The position numbers and the translations under genes were made by a program. From Bacteroidales bacterium (lineage in GTDB: Bacteria; Bacteroidota; Bacteroidia; Bacteroidales; P3), in the NCBI GenBank assembly GCA_023227645.1, contig JALNVJ010000001.1:1-28524 (forward strand): 28,524 nucleotides of DNA, given 5' to 3'. The notes beneath the pieces were generated by a model, which was given only the letters and a program-made list of their open reading frames with translations, was not told the origin of the DNA and ran no database searches. This document shows positions 9,358 through 17,383 of the stretch, one piece after another (within the stretch, counting starts at the first letter, position 1; each line of letters opens with the position of its first letter).

Positions 9358-10434
9358 TTATTTGGCTATCCTTACTCTTGGATCTAATATTCCATAGAGT
9401 ATATCAACCACTATGTTAATCATAACTAATAATACACAAATAATCAAAAGAGCACCCATAACAACTGGGAAATCATATTTCTCTAATCCATCAACAATTA
9501 CAACCCCAACTCCTTTCCAGTCAAAGATATATTCAACAAAAACAGCCCCTGCCATAAGGGATGCAAACCACCCTGAAACAGATGTAAGAACAGGATTCAT
9601 TGAGTTTTTGAGTGCATGACGTCTTAGCACTTGGTATTTTGATAAGCCCTTAGCCCTTGCTGTTCTTATATAATCTTGAGATAAGACATCTAGTAATGAA
9701 CTCTTTGTTAGCTCAGATATAACTGCTAACGGTCTTATGCCTAATGTGAATGCTGGTAGTATTATATTTTTTATATCAATATACTCTCCCCTACCCAAAA
9801 CATCAACCGAATATAAGCTTCCAAACATCGATAAACCCGTGTAGGGCGCAAGAACATAAGCAAATAACCATGCAAAAATGATGGCAGCAAAGAACGATGG
9901 CAATGACATCCCAAGAACAATTACACTTAGATTAATTCTATCGAACCAACTATCTTTGAAAATTGCAGATAGACTACCTAGTGTAACACCTACCACGAAA
10001 GCAAAACTCATACTTAGTAATGCTAAGATTATGGTATTGGGAAAAGCTTCTGATAGTATTTCGGTTACTTGTCTTTTTGACTGATAACTCCTTCGTAGAT
10101 ATGGTTGTTTTAGAACAATAATATTATCCTTACCACTATATAATTTAAAGTAAGTATATTTGGTATCGTCTAAGTATCTTGATTTATGATTTGAGGTTTT
10201 ATGAAAAGAAATTGGTGACAAATCATTTAAATAATAAAAGTATTGGGTTAGAATAGGCTGATCAAGTCCAAGGTCTTTTTGAATTATTTCAACACTTTCT
10301 TGATCAGCCCTCTGACCCAACATCATTCGAGCAGGATCGCCAGGTAAGACATTAAACAAAAAGAATACAAGGGTTATAACTCCAAGTAAGACAAAAAATC
10401 CATACCCTATTCTTTTTAATATAAAGTCTAACAT
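9358..10434 (-). CDS. ABC transporter permease, DppB/OppB type
   Basis: N-terminal LPGDPARMMLG...LGLDQP, LGMSLPSFF, EAA loop DYIRTARAKGLS, HALKNS, VEYIFDWKGVG, YGILDPRVR; ATG overlaps the upstream TAA (TAATG). Confidence 0.9.
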   Translation of the reverse strand: MLDFILKRIGYGFFVLLGVITLVFFLFNVLPGDPARMMLGQRADQESVEIIQKDLGLDQPILTQYFYYLNDLSPISFHKTSNHKSRYLDDTKYTYFKLYSGKDNIIVLKQPYLRRSYQSKRQVTEILSEAFPNTIILALLSMSFAFVVGVTLGSLSAIFKDSWFDRINLSVIVLGMSLPSFFAAIIFAWLFAYVLAPYTGLSMFGSLYSVDVLGRGEYIDIKNIILPAFTLGIRPLAVISELTKSSLLDVLSQDYIRTARAKGLSKYQVLRRHALKNSMNPVLTSVSGWFASLMAGAVFVEYIFDWKGVGVVIVDGLEKYDFPVVMGALLIICVLLVMINIVVDILYGILDPRVRIAK

Positions 10435-11573
10435 TAATTTTGGTTTTTAATATTTAGTTCTGAAAATTTAGGTAATAATCTCCATGACCATTTCTTTTCA
10501 ACTACTCCGTCTTTCATCATAACAATCCCTGGATTGGAGCGCATCATTGTTTCAATTGCCTTATCGTCAGTAGAATATGTTAGTATATTATTCCAATTAT
10601 GTTTTTCATTAAATTCTGCCCATTTTTTTATTGGGGAGGAAGTAATAAGAACCGTTTGACATCCGTTTTCAGAGGCATGTCTTTCAAATTCAGCTACCTT
10701 TTTTATTGATTTTTTGGAAGGAGAATCTAAATCCACAATTGTAAAAATAAAGGTTATTCCTTCATGAGATAGGACATCAAAGGACTCATCTTTCTCTGTA
10801 ATTAAATCTAACATAGAAAAACCATCAGCAGCTACAGTATTAGCATTTATAACCCTTGAGCTAATAAATGTCCATTTTTCCATAAAATCAGGTTCTTTAT
10901 AAGCTTCCATAAGCTCATCCATACCAAATTCTCTTTCTTTATTAGTTTCATTGTTTTTATAGAGGGCATAGGATATTGGTGGTTTTTGATCCTCTGGTTT
11001 TGGAACCATTCTATTACCTTCTTTCCAAGCCCTAAAATCAATTATTGGTTCATATAATGCATTGAAAATTGAAAAACTAACAACTAAAAAGATTATAACT
11101 CCTAACGATCCTAATCCAACTCTACGATTAACATGGGCTGGAAACTTCACCTTATCAAATAAGAACGAAAGAATAAGAAATATATCCAGCGCTACGTTCT
11201 TCCAAAAAGTCTGCCAATTGCTTAATAATATTGCATCTCCAAAACAACCACAATCGGACACCTTATTGGTTAAGGCATCAATTAGTGTTAAAACAGTGAA
11301 GAAAAACATCATTAAACCAGCAATCCAGTTTGTTGTTTTTTTGAAAAAGCCTGAAACTAAGAGGATACCAACAATTAACTCGAAGGAACATAAGATAATA
11401 GATCCTACTATTGGTAGCCATGGAATTGCGTTGATTAGATTAGTAAATCCAAATACGCCTAAGTATTCTGTAATTTTATATGCTGTTCCGTAAGGGTCAA
11501 CTGATTTTACAAAACCAGAAAATATAAATACTAATCCTACAATAATTCTAAATAATCTTCCTAAATACTTCAT
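10434..11573 (-). CDS. DoxX/MauE-like membrane protein with C-terminal thioredoxin-like domain (BT_3928-like)
   Basis: RIIVGLVFIFSGFVKSVDP, SDCGCFGD, WQTFWKN, C-terminal MRSNPGIVMMKDGVVEKKW; start moved from 11696 to the ATG at 11573 (MKYLGR) to remove a 101-nt overlap with DUF1599. Confidence 0.8.
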   Translation of the reverse strand: MKYLGRLFRIIVGLVFIFSGFVKSVDPYGTAYKITEYLGVFGFTNLINAIPWLPIVGSIILCSFELIVGILLVSGFFKKTTNWIAGLMMFFFTVLTLIDALTNKVSDCGCFGDAILLSNWQTFWKNVALDIFLILSFLFDKVKFPAHVNRRVGLGSLGVIIFLVVSFSIFNALYEPIIDFRAWKEGNRMVPKPEDQKPPISYALYKNNETNKEREFGMDELMEAYKEPDFMEKWTFISSRVINANTVAADGFSMLDLITEKDESFDVLSHEGITFIFTIVDLDSPSKKSIKKVAEFERHASENGCQTVLITSSPIKKWAEFNEKHNWNNILTYSTDDKAIETMMRSNPGIVMMKDGVVEKKWSWRLLPKFSELNIKNQN

Positions 11574-11595
11574 AAATTTCTTATAATTATAGTTA

Positions 11596-12132
11596 TTACT
11601 TGATTTTAATTTTTGCAAAAACTCCATAGTTAATAATATCATAATAATTTGCTTCAATTCCTTCCGAAACAAAGACCTTTCCTTGATTATCCTCAATTTG
11701 TTTTAATCTCATAATTTTCATCAAGATTAAATCTAATATAGAACTCACCCTCATAGACCTCCAAGCCTCAGAATAATCGTGATTCTTATCCTCCATTAAT
11801 TGCTTAGCTTGTTTTGCATACTTATCGTAGAGTTCTATAATAATATCGTTATCAAGTTTTTCATTATTATCATTAATTACTCCCAATTCCAATTGAATAA
11901 GAGCTATTATTGAGTAGTTGATTATTCCAATAAATTCAGAACTTATCCCCTCTTCAATCTTCATTATACCCGATTCTTGAAATTGACGTATACGATTAGC
12001 TTTAATAAATATTTGATCTGTTAGGGAAGGAAGTCTCAAAATACGCCAAGAAGGACCATAATCTTTCAATTTGGCAGAGTATAAATCCCTACATTCTTTT
12101 ATCACCTGATCATACTCTTGTGATGTTTTCAT
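11596..12132 (-). CDS. DUF1599 (nucleotide-modification-associated domain 1) protein with two tandem domains
   Basis: Repeated KxxDY..xWR...S..D.I..K..R..Q and IINY motifs in both halves. Confidence 0.85.
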   Translation of the reverse strand: MKTSQEYDQVIKECRDLYSAKLKDYGPSWRILRLPSLTDQIFIKANRIRQFQESGIMKIEEGISSEFIGIINYSIIALIQLELGVINDNNEKLDNDIIIELYDKYAKQAKQLMEDKNHDYSEAWRSMRVSSILDLILMKIMRLKQIEDNQGKVFVSEGIEANYYDIINYGVFAKIKIK

Positions 12133-12169
12133 ATAATTTTCTTATTGATTTAAATAAATATTATCTTAC

Positions 12170-12184
12170 AATTACGTAATTTTG
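12170..12184 (+). promoter_or_regulatory. Candidate -7 box for folP-dacA overlapping a 12-bp palindrome
   Basis: TAATTTTG at 12177-12184; AATTACGTAATT at 12170-12181 lies in the 77-nt divergent gap. Confidence 0.45.
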
Positions 12185-12209
12185 CTTTTCAATTAAGACA
12201 AAATGCTCC

Positions 12210-13082
12210 ATGAAATCAATCGATAAAATTACAAAATTATCTTATAATACCACCATTAATCTACAAGGAAAATTAATTTCTCTTCAAAAACCCCTCATAA
12301 TGGGAATCTTAAACCTTACCAAGGACTCTTTCTATGACGGAGGGAAATATATAAATAATGTTGAAAAATCTCTGATTCACGCAAAAGAGATGATAGAACA
12401 TGGTGCCGACATAATTGATATTGGCGCCTGTTCAACTCGTCCGAATGCTATTTTGGTTTCTCAAGAAGAAGAATTGAAAGAAATCATACCCACTGTTAGA
12501 GCAGTTAGAAAAGAATTTCCAAATATTATAATCTCAATTGATACCGTATGGGCAAAGGTTGCGGAACAATCAATAAAAGAAGGGGGAAATATAATTAACG
12601 ATATATCTGGAGGACAATTTGATCCTAATCTTTTTAAAGTCCTACCATCCCTAAATGCGCCCTATATCCTAACCCATACTCCCACCACACCCGACAAGAT
12701 GCAAGATAATACCAATTACGAGAATATATTTTTAGATATATCCAATTATTTCTCAAAAAAGATTGAAAATCTCCAAAAATTAGGAGTTAATGATATAATC
12801 TTAGATTTGGGATTTGGATTTGGGAAAACCATTGATCAGAATTACTTCCTATTAAATCATATAGAAGATTTTAAAACCTTTGGACTACCAATACTCACAG
12901 GTATCTCCAGAAAGTCTATGATATATAAGCCATTAAAAACCTCTCCGCAGGATGCACTAAATGGAACTAGCTTCCTCCACGGGTTTGCATTAATTAACAA
13001 AAGCAACATTTTAAGGGTTCACGACGTTAAAGAAGCTATAGAATGCGTTGAGCTCTATAAATTAATTGAGAAAAACAGATAA
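12210..13082 (+). CDS. folP: Dihydropteroate synthase
   Basis: MGILNLTKDSFYDGG, DIGACSTRP, SIDT, INDISGG, GFGFGK, GISRKS, LRVHDV. Confidence 0.95.
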   Translation: MKSIDKITKLSYNTTINLQGKLISLQKPLIMGILNLTKDSFYDGGKYINNVEKSLIHAKEMIEHGADIIDIGACSTRPNAILVSQEEELKEIIPTVRAVRKEFPNIIISIDTVWAKVAEQSIKEGGNIINDISGGQFDPNLFKVLPSLNAPYILTHTPTTPDKMQDNTNYENIFLDISNYFSKKIENLQKLGVNDIILDLGFGFGKTIDQNYFLLNHIEDFKTFGLPILTGISRKSMIYKPLKTSPQDALNGTSFLHGFALINKSNILRVHDVKEAIECVELYKLIEKNR

Positions 13083-13094
13083 AAAAACATTTAA

Positions 13095-13886
13095 ATGATT
13101 GAATTACTAGCACTTCCTTTCCAATTAAACATAATTAATATATTAGACGTTGTTCTATCTTGCATATTAGTCTATTTTATTTATAAATTATTAAAAGGAA
13201 CTGCTGCCCTAAGTATAATTATTACATTTGCCGCTATATACATTTTTTGGATTATTGTATCATTCCTTGAAATGACAATATTGGCAAAAGTTATTGGACA
13301 ATTTATTAGTGTTGGAGCTATTGGAATTGTTATTATTTTTCAACCAGAAATTAGGAGATTTTTTGCAATGCTAGGTTCTAGAAGCATAGAAAGAGGTAAG
13401 AAAAATAAGTTTTTCTTTTGGAGAATACAAAAACACAATGTTGATAATTTCAATTCATCAGCCATAGTTAATGCCTACCAACACCTTTCCAAATCAAAGA
13501 CCGGTGCATTAATAGTTATTGCAAAATACAATGACTTAGAAACAATTATTCAAACTGGAGAAATATTAGAATGCCAGATAAACTCCCAACTAATAGAAAC
13601 AATATTTTTCAAAAATTCTCCCCTACACGATGGAGCAATGATAATTAAAAACAATACAATTAAAGCCGCAAGGTGCATACTACCAGTTAGTTCAAATTAT
13701 AATATTTCACCCAATTTAGGACTTCGTCACCGCTCAGGACTTGGAGTAAGTGAACAAACAGATTGTATTGCAATTATAGTAAGCGAACAAACAGGAGATA
13801 TCTCCATATCAAAAGCAGGAATACTAGAAGAATGTGTAACCCTAACCCGCCTACAGGAAGTCCTCGATGCAGAGTTTAATTCGTAA
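13095..13886 (+). CDS. dacA: Diadenylate cyclase CdaA/DacA (membrane-anchored)
   Basis: Three N-terminal TM helices, IIFQPEIRR, PLHDGAMII (DGA), GLRHRS (RHR), VSEQTG. Confidence 0.93.
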   Translation: MIELLALPFQLNIINILDVVLSCILVYFIYKLLKGTAALSIIITFAAIYIFWIIVSFLEMTILAKVIGQFISVGAIGIVIIFQPEIRRFFAMLGSRSIERGKKNKFFFWRIQKHNVDNFNSSAIVNAYQHLSKSKTGALIVIAKYNDLETIIQTGEILECQINSQLIETIFFKNSPLHDGAMIIKNNTIKAARCILPVSSNYNISPNLGLRHRSGLGVSEQTDCIAIIVSEQTGDISISKAGILEECVTLTRLQEVLDAEFNS

Positions 13887-13894
13887 AAAGAACC

Positions 13895-13962
13895 AAAATT
13901 AGAAAAGAATATACCCCACCTTGCGCAACCTTCAGGTGGAGTATATTCTTTTCTAAATTTTT
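13895..13962. terminator. Long, probably bidirectional intrinsic terminator after dacA
   Basis: TTAGAAAAGAATATAC (13899-13914) pairs with GTATATTCTTTTCTAA (13941-13956); after one mismatch CCACCT pairs with AGGTGG; A/T tracts on both sides. Confidence 0.75.
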
Positions 13963-14055
13963 ACATAATAATTTTGCTGTTTATTTTTAAGTTTCAAAAA
14001 TTGTTTCAAGGATGAATAATCTTCAAAAAAAGCAAGAGTTCCACTGGAATTTTAG

Positions 14056-14262
14056 ATTGACCCGAAAGAAATAATTATTTAGGTAGTTAAGAGAGTGACT
14101 AATAAAGAAATTGCAAATACTCTATGCATATCAACTCATACTATTATTACTCATAAGAGGAATATTTCCAACAAACTACAAATCCATAGCTCAGCAGGTT
14201 TAACTATTTATGCTATTATCAATAAACTGATAGATATAAATGAGGTAAGGGATTCTGATTAA
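14056..14262 (+). pseudogene. Remnant of a LuxR-family C-terminal HTH regulator
   Basis: Frame reads IDPKEIII*VVKRVTNKEIANTLCISTHTIITHKRNISNKLQIHSSAGLTIYAIINKLIDINEVRDSD*; in-frame TAG at 14053 and 14080; no N-terminal domain. Confidence 0.8.
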
Positions 14263-14279
14263 GAAGAATAAAAAAGATT

Positions 14280-15710
14280 TTATTTAAGAATTAGCTCAAC
14301 TATATTTTCAACATGTTGAGTGTGCGGGAACATATCCACTGGTTGTATTCTTCCAACAATATATTTTTCTGAAAGCAATTCCACATCTCTTGCTTGGGTT
14401 GCAGGATTACAGCTAATATAGACTATTTTCTTAGCCTCAATTTCCAATAATTGTTCAATAACTGATTTGGCCATACCAGCTCTTGGAGGGTCGGTAATAA
14501 TTAGGTCGGGCTTACCATTCTTTGCTACAAAATCTTGGTTAAGAACCTTTGCCATATCACCAGCATAAAAAATAGTATTGCTTAAATTATTCTCTCTTGA
14601 ATTAACCATTGCATCTTGAATTGCTTCATCTATATATTCAATTCCTACAACTTTCTTTGCATATGGAGCAACAAAATTAGCAATAGTTCCTGTACCTGTA
14701 TAAAGGTCGTAAACAATTTGATTTTCGTTAATTTCAGCAAATTCAACTGCATTGGAATATAATACAAAGGCTTGGTCTGAATTGGTCTGATAGAAAGACT
14801 TTGGTCCTATCTTAAACTTTAACCTTTCTCTATCTCCCCTAAATGATGGCATATATTCTATTATATGATCCTTACCCTTATAAGATATTATATCTTGATC
14901 GAAAAGAGTGTCGTTGAATTTGGTATTGATGGCATACATTAGAGAGGTAATGGCTGGAAATTCTTTTGCTATAGAATCAAGCATAGGAAAAATCTCATCC
15001 GATTCTTCAGCAAAAACAACAATAAGCATAAGCTCATCCTCGAAGGTGGAACGAATTACTATATTACGAAGTAAACCATAATGCTTTCTTATGTCGTAAT
15101 AGCTAAGGTTATGTTCTTGGGAATAATCTCTAATAAAATTACGAATAAGATTAGAAGGCTCTCTTTGAAGGGCACAATATTGAATATCGATAACCTTATC
15201 AAAAAAACCAGCAATATGAAAGCCAAACCCCATTGGTGAGGAATCTTTTTCAAGAGTTTTAATATCTTCTTCCGTAAGCCATCGTTTGGTTGAAAAAGTA
15301 TATTCTAATTTATTACGATAGAAGAATTCTTTTTCAGAACCAATAATTTTATTTGCTTTAGCACAATCAATATGTCCAATTCTTTGAAGAGCATCAATAA
15401 CTTGCTTGTTCTTATAGAAAAGTTGGTCTTTATATTTCATTGTTTGCCACTTACATCCTCCACATAATCCAAAATGAGGACATTTAGGCTCAACCCTTTT
15501 ATCGGATAGTTTATGGAATTTGATTGCTTTAGCTTGAGCAAAACTTTTTTTCTTTTTAACTATTTGCACATCAACGATATCTCCAGGAACCACAAAAGGT
15601 ATAAAGATAACAAGCTCATTATGTTTAGCAACAGAAGTACCTTCGCTTGATGCGTCTAGTACTTCTAAATTCTCTATAATTTCTTGTTTTCTCTCTTTAT
15701 ATACTTTCAT
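14280..15710 (-). CDS. rlmD: 23S rRNA (uracil-5)-methyltransferase RlmD
   Basis: TRAM domain, CPHFGLCGGCKWQ Fe-S motif, SFYQTN, DLYTGTGTI, DPPRAG, YISCNPATQARD, DMFPHTQHVE. Confidence 0.95.
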   Translation of the reverse strand: MKVYKERKQEIIENLEVLDASSEGTSVAKHNELVIFIPFVVPGDIVDVQIVKKKKSFAQAKAIKFHKLSDKRVEPKCPHFGLCGGCKWQTMKYKDQLFYKNKQVIDALQRIGHIDCAKANKIIGSEKEFFYRNKLEYTFSTKRWLTEEDIKTLEKDSSPMGFGFHIAGFFDKVIDIQYCALQREPSNLIRNFIRDYSQEHNLSYYDIRKHYGLLRNIVIRSTFEDELMLIVVFAEESDEIFPMLDSIAKEFPAITSLMYAINTKFNDTLFDQDIISYKGKDHIIEYMPSFRGDRERLKFKIGPKSFYQTNSDQAFVLYSNAVEFAEINENQIVYDLYTGTGTIANFVAPYAKKVVGIEYIDEAIQDAMVNSRENNLSNTIFYAGDMAKVLNQDFVAKNGKPDLIITDPPRAGMAKSVIEQLLEIEAKKIVYISCNPATQARDVELLSEKYIVGRIQPVDMFPHTQHVENIVELILK

Positions 15711-15735
15711 TTACTAGAAATAATCATTCAGTGAA

Positions 15736-15781
15736 ATAAAAAAGAAGCATTGATTGCTTTTTCATGTAAACAATGCTTCTT
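15736..15781 (-). terminator. Intrinsic terminator between rpmH and rlmD
   Basis: 11-bp stem AAGAAGCATTG (15742-15752) / CAATGCTTCTT (15771-15781), 18-nt loop, U-tract on the minus strand. Confidence 0.6.
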
Positions 15782-15811
15782 ATTAATATTTCTAAATTAA
15801 AAGAATAAATT

Positions 15812-15958
15812 CTATTTTTCGTCAGACACAGATAGGCTTGCTCTTCCATTACGACGACGGTTAGCTAAAATCCTACGACCATTAGCTGAAGCCATTCTTT
15901 TTCTGAATCCGTGCTTATTTAATCTTTTTCTACGTGAAGGTTGGAATGTTCTTTTCAT
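15812..15958 (-). CDS. rpmH: 50S ribosomal protein L34 (not in the supplied ORF track)
   Basis: Manual translation [48 protein letters not shown]. Confidence 0.98.
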   Translation of the reverse strand: MKRTFQPSRRKRLNKHGFRKRMASANGRRILANRRRNGRASLSVSDEK

Positions 15959-15979
15959 CTTATTTTCATTTTTTCAGAT

Positions 15980-16012
15980 TGCAAAAGTACAATATTTATT
16001 TTTAATAACAAA
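15980..16012 (-). promoter_or_regulatory. Sigma-A promoter of rpmH
   Basis: TTTG (16012-16009), 19-nt spacer, TACTTTTGCA (15989-15980): full Bacteroidota consensus. Confidence 0.8.
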
Positions 16013-16046
16013 TATATTAGTCGTTTTTTTATTTTCTTGCTTTCTT

Positions 16047-16080
16047 TTTGAGCATTTAAAAAGAATAATTTATATTTGCA
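16047..16080 (+). promoter_or_regulatory. Sigma-A promoter of the TPR-like gene and secG, back to back with the rpmH promoter
   Basis: TTTG (16047-16050), 20-nt spacer, TATATTTGCA (16071-16080). Confidence 0.8.
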
Positions 16081-16129
16081 AATTCAAATTAGAATAAATA
16101 TTTGAAGAAGTAAACCCTAAACGATAATT

Positions 16130-16816
16130 ATGGATACAGCTTTTATAAATAAATTAATGACAATTAGAGATGAAGATTATGATGGACAAACACATCTTTC
16201 ATTATCTCGAACGATTGAAAAGTATCCGTATTTTTCTCTACTTTACTATTATTATGCTAAGGGTTCAAAAAAACTATCTGTAAACTTTAACGAAAATCTA
16301 ACTCTTGCCTCTGCATATTCACCAGACAGAAAACGTTTGAAAGAATTTTTAGAAACTAAAACTACATACCCTTATACTACTGACCATGCTCAACCATCAG
16401 ATATGGATAAGATTCATGCTAAAATTGAGGAATTGAAAAAACTATATTCAAACGATAAATCTAAGCAAGAAAAGAAAGAAGAAAGACCAGATATAATAAA
16501 AGAAATTGACTCATATACTGAGCCTGAACTTTCATCTAACCCAACAAAAGAAGAATTAATTGAAAGGTTTTTGAAGATAGAAAACCCAAAGGTAAAGAGT
16601 TTAGAAAAAGAAAAAGAGAATATTAATATTAATGAAGTAATAAGTAAGTCTAATGTTGAGGAGCTTGAAATAGTAACAGAAACGATGGCTATAGTTTATA
16701 CAAAACAAGGTCATAAGGACAAAGCTATTAAAATTTATAAACAATTAATTTTGGCTAATCCAGAAAAAAGTATTTACTTTGCAACTCAAATTAAAAAAAT
16801 AGAAGAAAATAAATAA
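16130..16816 (+). CDS. Conserved hypothetical protein with C-terminal TPR-like helix pair, upstream of secG
   Basis: N-terminal IEKYPYF, charged linker, C-terminal VTETMAIVYTKQGHKDKAIKIYKQLILANPEKSIYFA. Confidence 0.75.
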   Translation: MDTAFINKLMTIRDEDYDGQTHLSLSRTIEKYPYFSLLYYYYAKGSKKLSVNFNENLTLASAYSPDRKRLKEFLETKTTYPYTTDHAQPSDMDKIHAKIEELKKLYSNDKSKQEKKEERPDIIKEIDSYTEPELSSNPTKEELIERFLKIENPKVKSLEKEKENININEVISKSNVEELEIVTETMAIVYTKQGHKDKAIKIYKQLILANPEKSIYFATQIKKIEENK

Positions 16817-16834
16817 GTAAAAAACAAAGACATT

Positions 16835-17164
16835 ATGTTTGTAGTTATATCAGTTTTAATACTAATTGTATGTTTGTTATTAGCTTTAATAGTATTAGTT
16901 CAAAACAGTCAAGGAGGAGGTTTGGCAGCAAGTTTCCAATCTCAAGGACAAATTATGGGAGTTAGAAAAACAGCTGACTTTCTTGAAAAATCATCTTGGG
17001 GTCTTGCTGTGGCACTTCTAATACTTTGCCTTGCAGCATCAGCATTTATGCCTGGTAGAAATTTCGGAGAGAAAAAAGGCACAGAGTTAAACCCAAGTGC
17101 GGTTAAAACAACAATGCCAGCTCCTGCACCTGCTCCAAATCAGGCACCAGCACCGATACAATAA
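16835..17164 (+). CDS. secG: Preprotein translocase subunit SecG
   Basis: TM1, VLVQNSQGGGLAASF, GVRKTADFLEKSSW, TM2, Pro/Ala-rich tail. Confidence 0.95.
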   Translation: MFVVISVLILIVCLLLALIVLVQNSQGGGLAASFQSQGQIMGVRKTADFLEKSSWGLAVALLILCLAASAFMPGRNFGEKKGTELNPSAVKTTMPAPAPAPNQAPAPIQ

Positions 17165-17197
17165 ATTAATAATTTATTTTTTCATAATTTGGTTTTT

Positions 17198-17231
17198 AAA
17201 AGAGTCATCATTTATTTGATGACTCTTTTTT
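17198..17231 (+). terminator. Intrinsic terminator after secG
   Basis: AAAAGAGTCATCA / TGATGACTCTTTT 13-bp stem followed by a T-run. Confidence 0.85.
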
Positions 17232-17383
17232 GTATCTCATAATACATCTTCTTTATCTGACGTTTTGTCATAATGAGTAAGTAATAATTACTGTGGCACA
17301 ATTTTGCGTAATAGTCAAACATAAAGAAATTAATAGAAGAATACAATAATATAATAATTAATAACTAAAAAAAACAAAGAATT

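Noticed and set aside
11574-11696. N-terminal extension of the DoxX-like ORF to 420 aa
   Set aside because: It overlaps DUF1599 by 101 nt, and family-like sequence starts at MKYLGR (11573).
12300-12830. FolP deviations (TPDSF to TKDSF, DPGFG to DLGFG) as a sulfonamide-resistance signal
   Set aside because: STRP and SRK are normal with no Sul-type insertion, and the context is chromosomal; no basis for a resistance claim.
14053-14082. TAG read-through or recoding restoring the LuxR gene
   Set aside because: TAG is an ordinary stop for rpmH, the metallophosphoesterase and the lipoyl ligase, and the region upstream has a TAA and no N-terminal domain.
17112-17160. PAPAPAP repeat in the SecG tail
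   Set aside because: Low-complexity tail with varied codons; not a DNA-level repeat.
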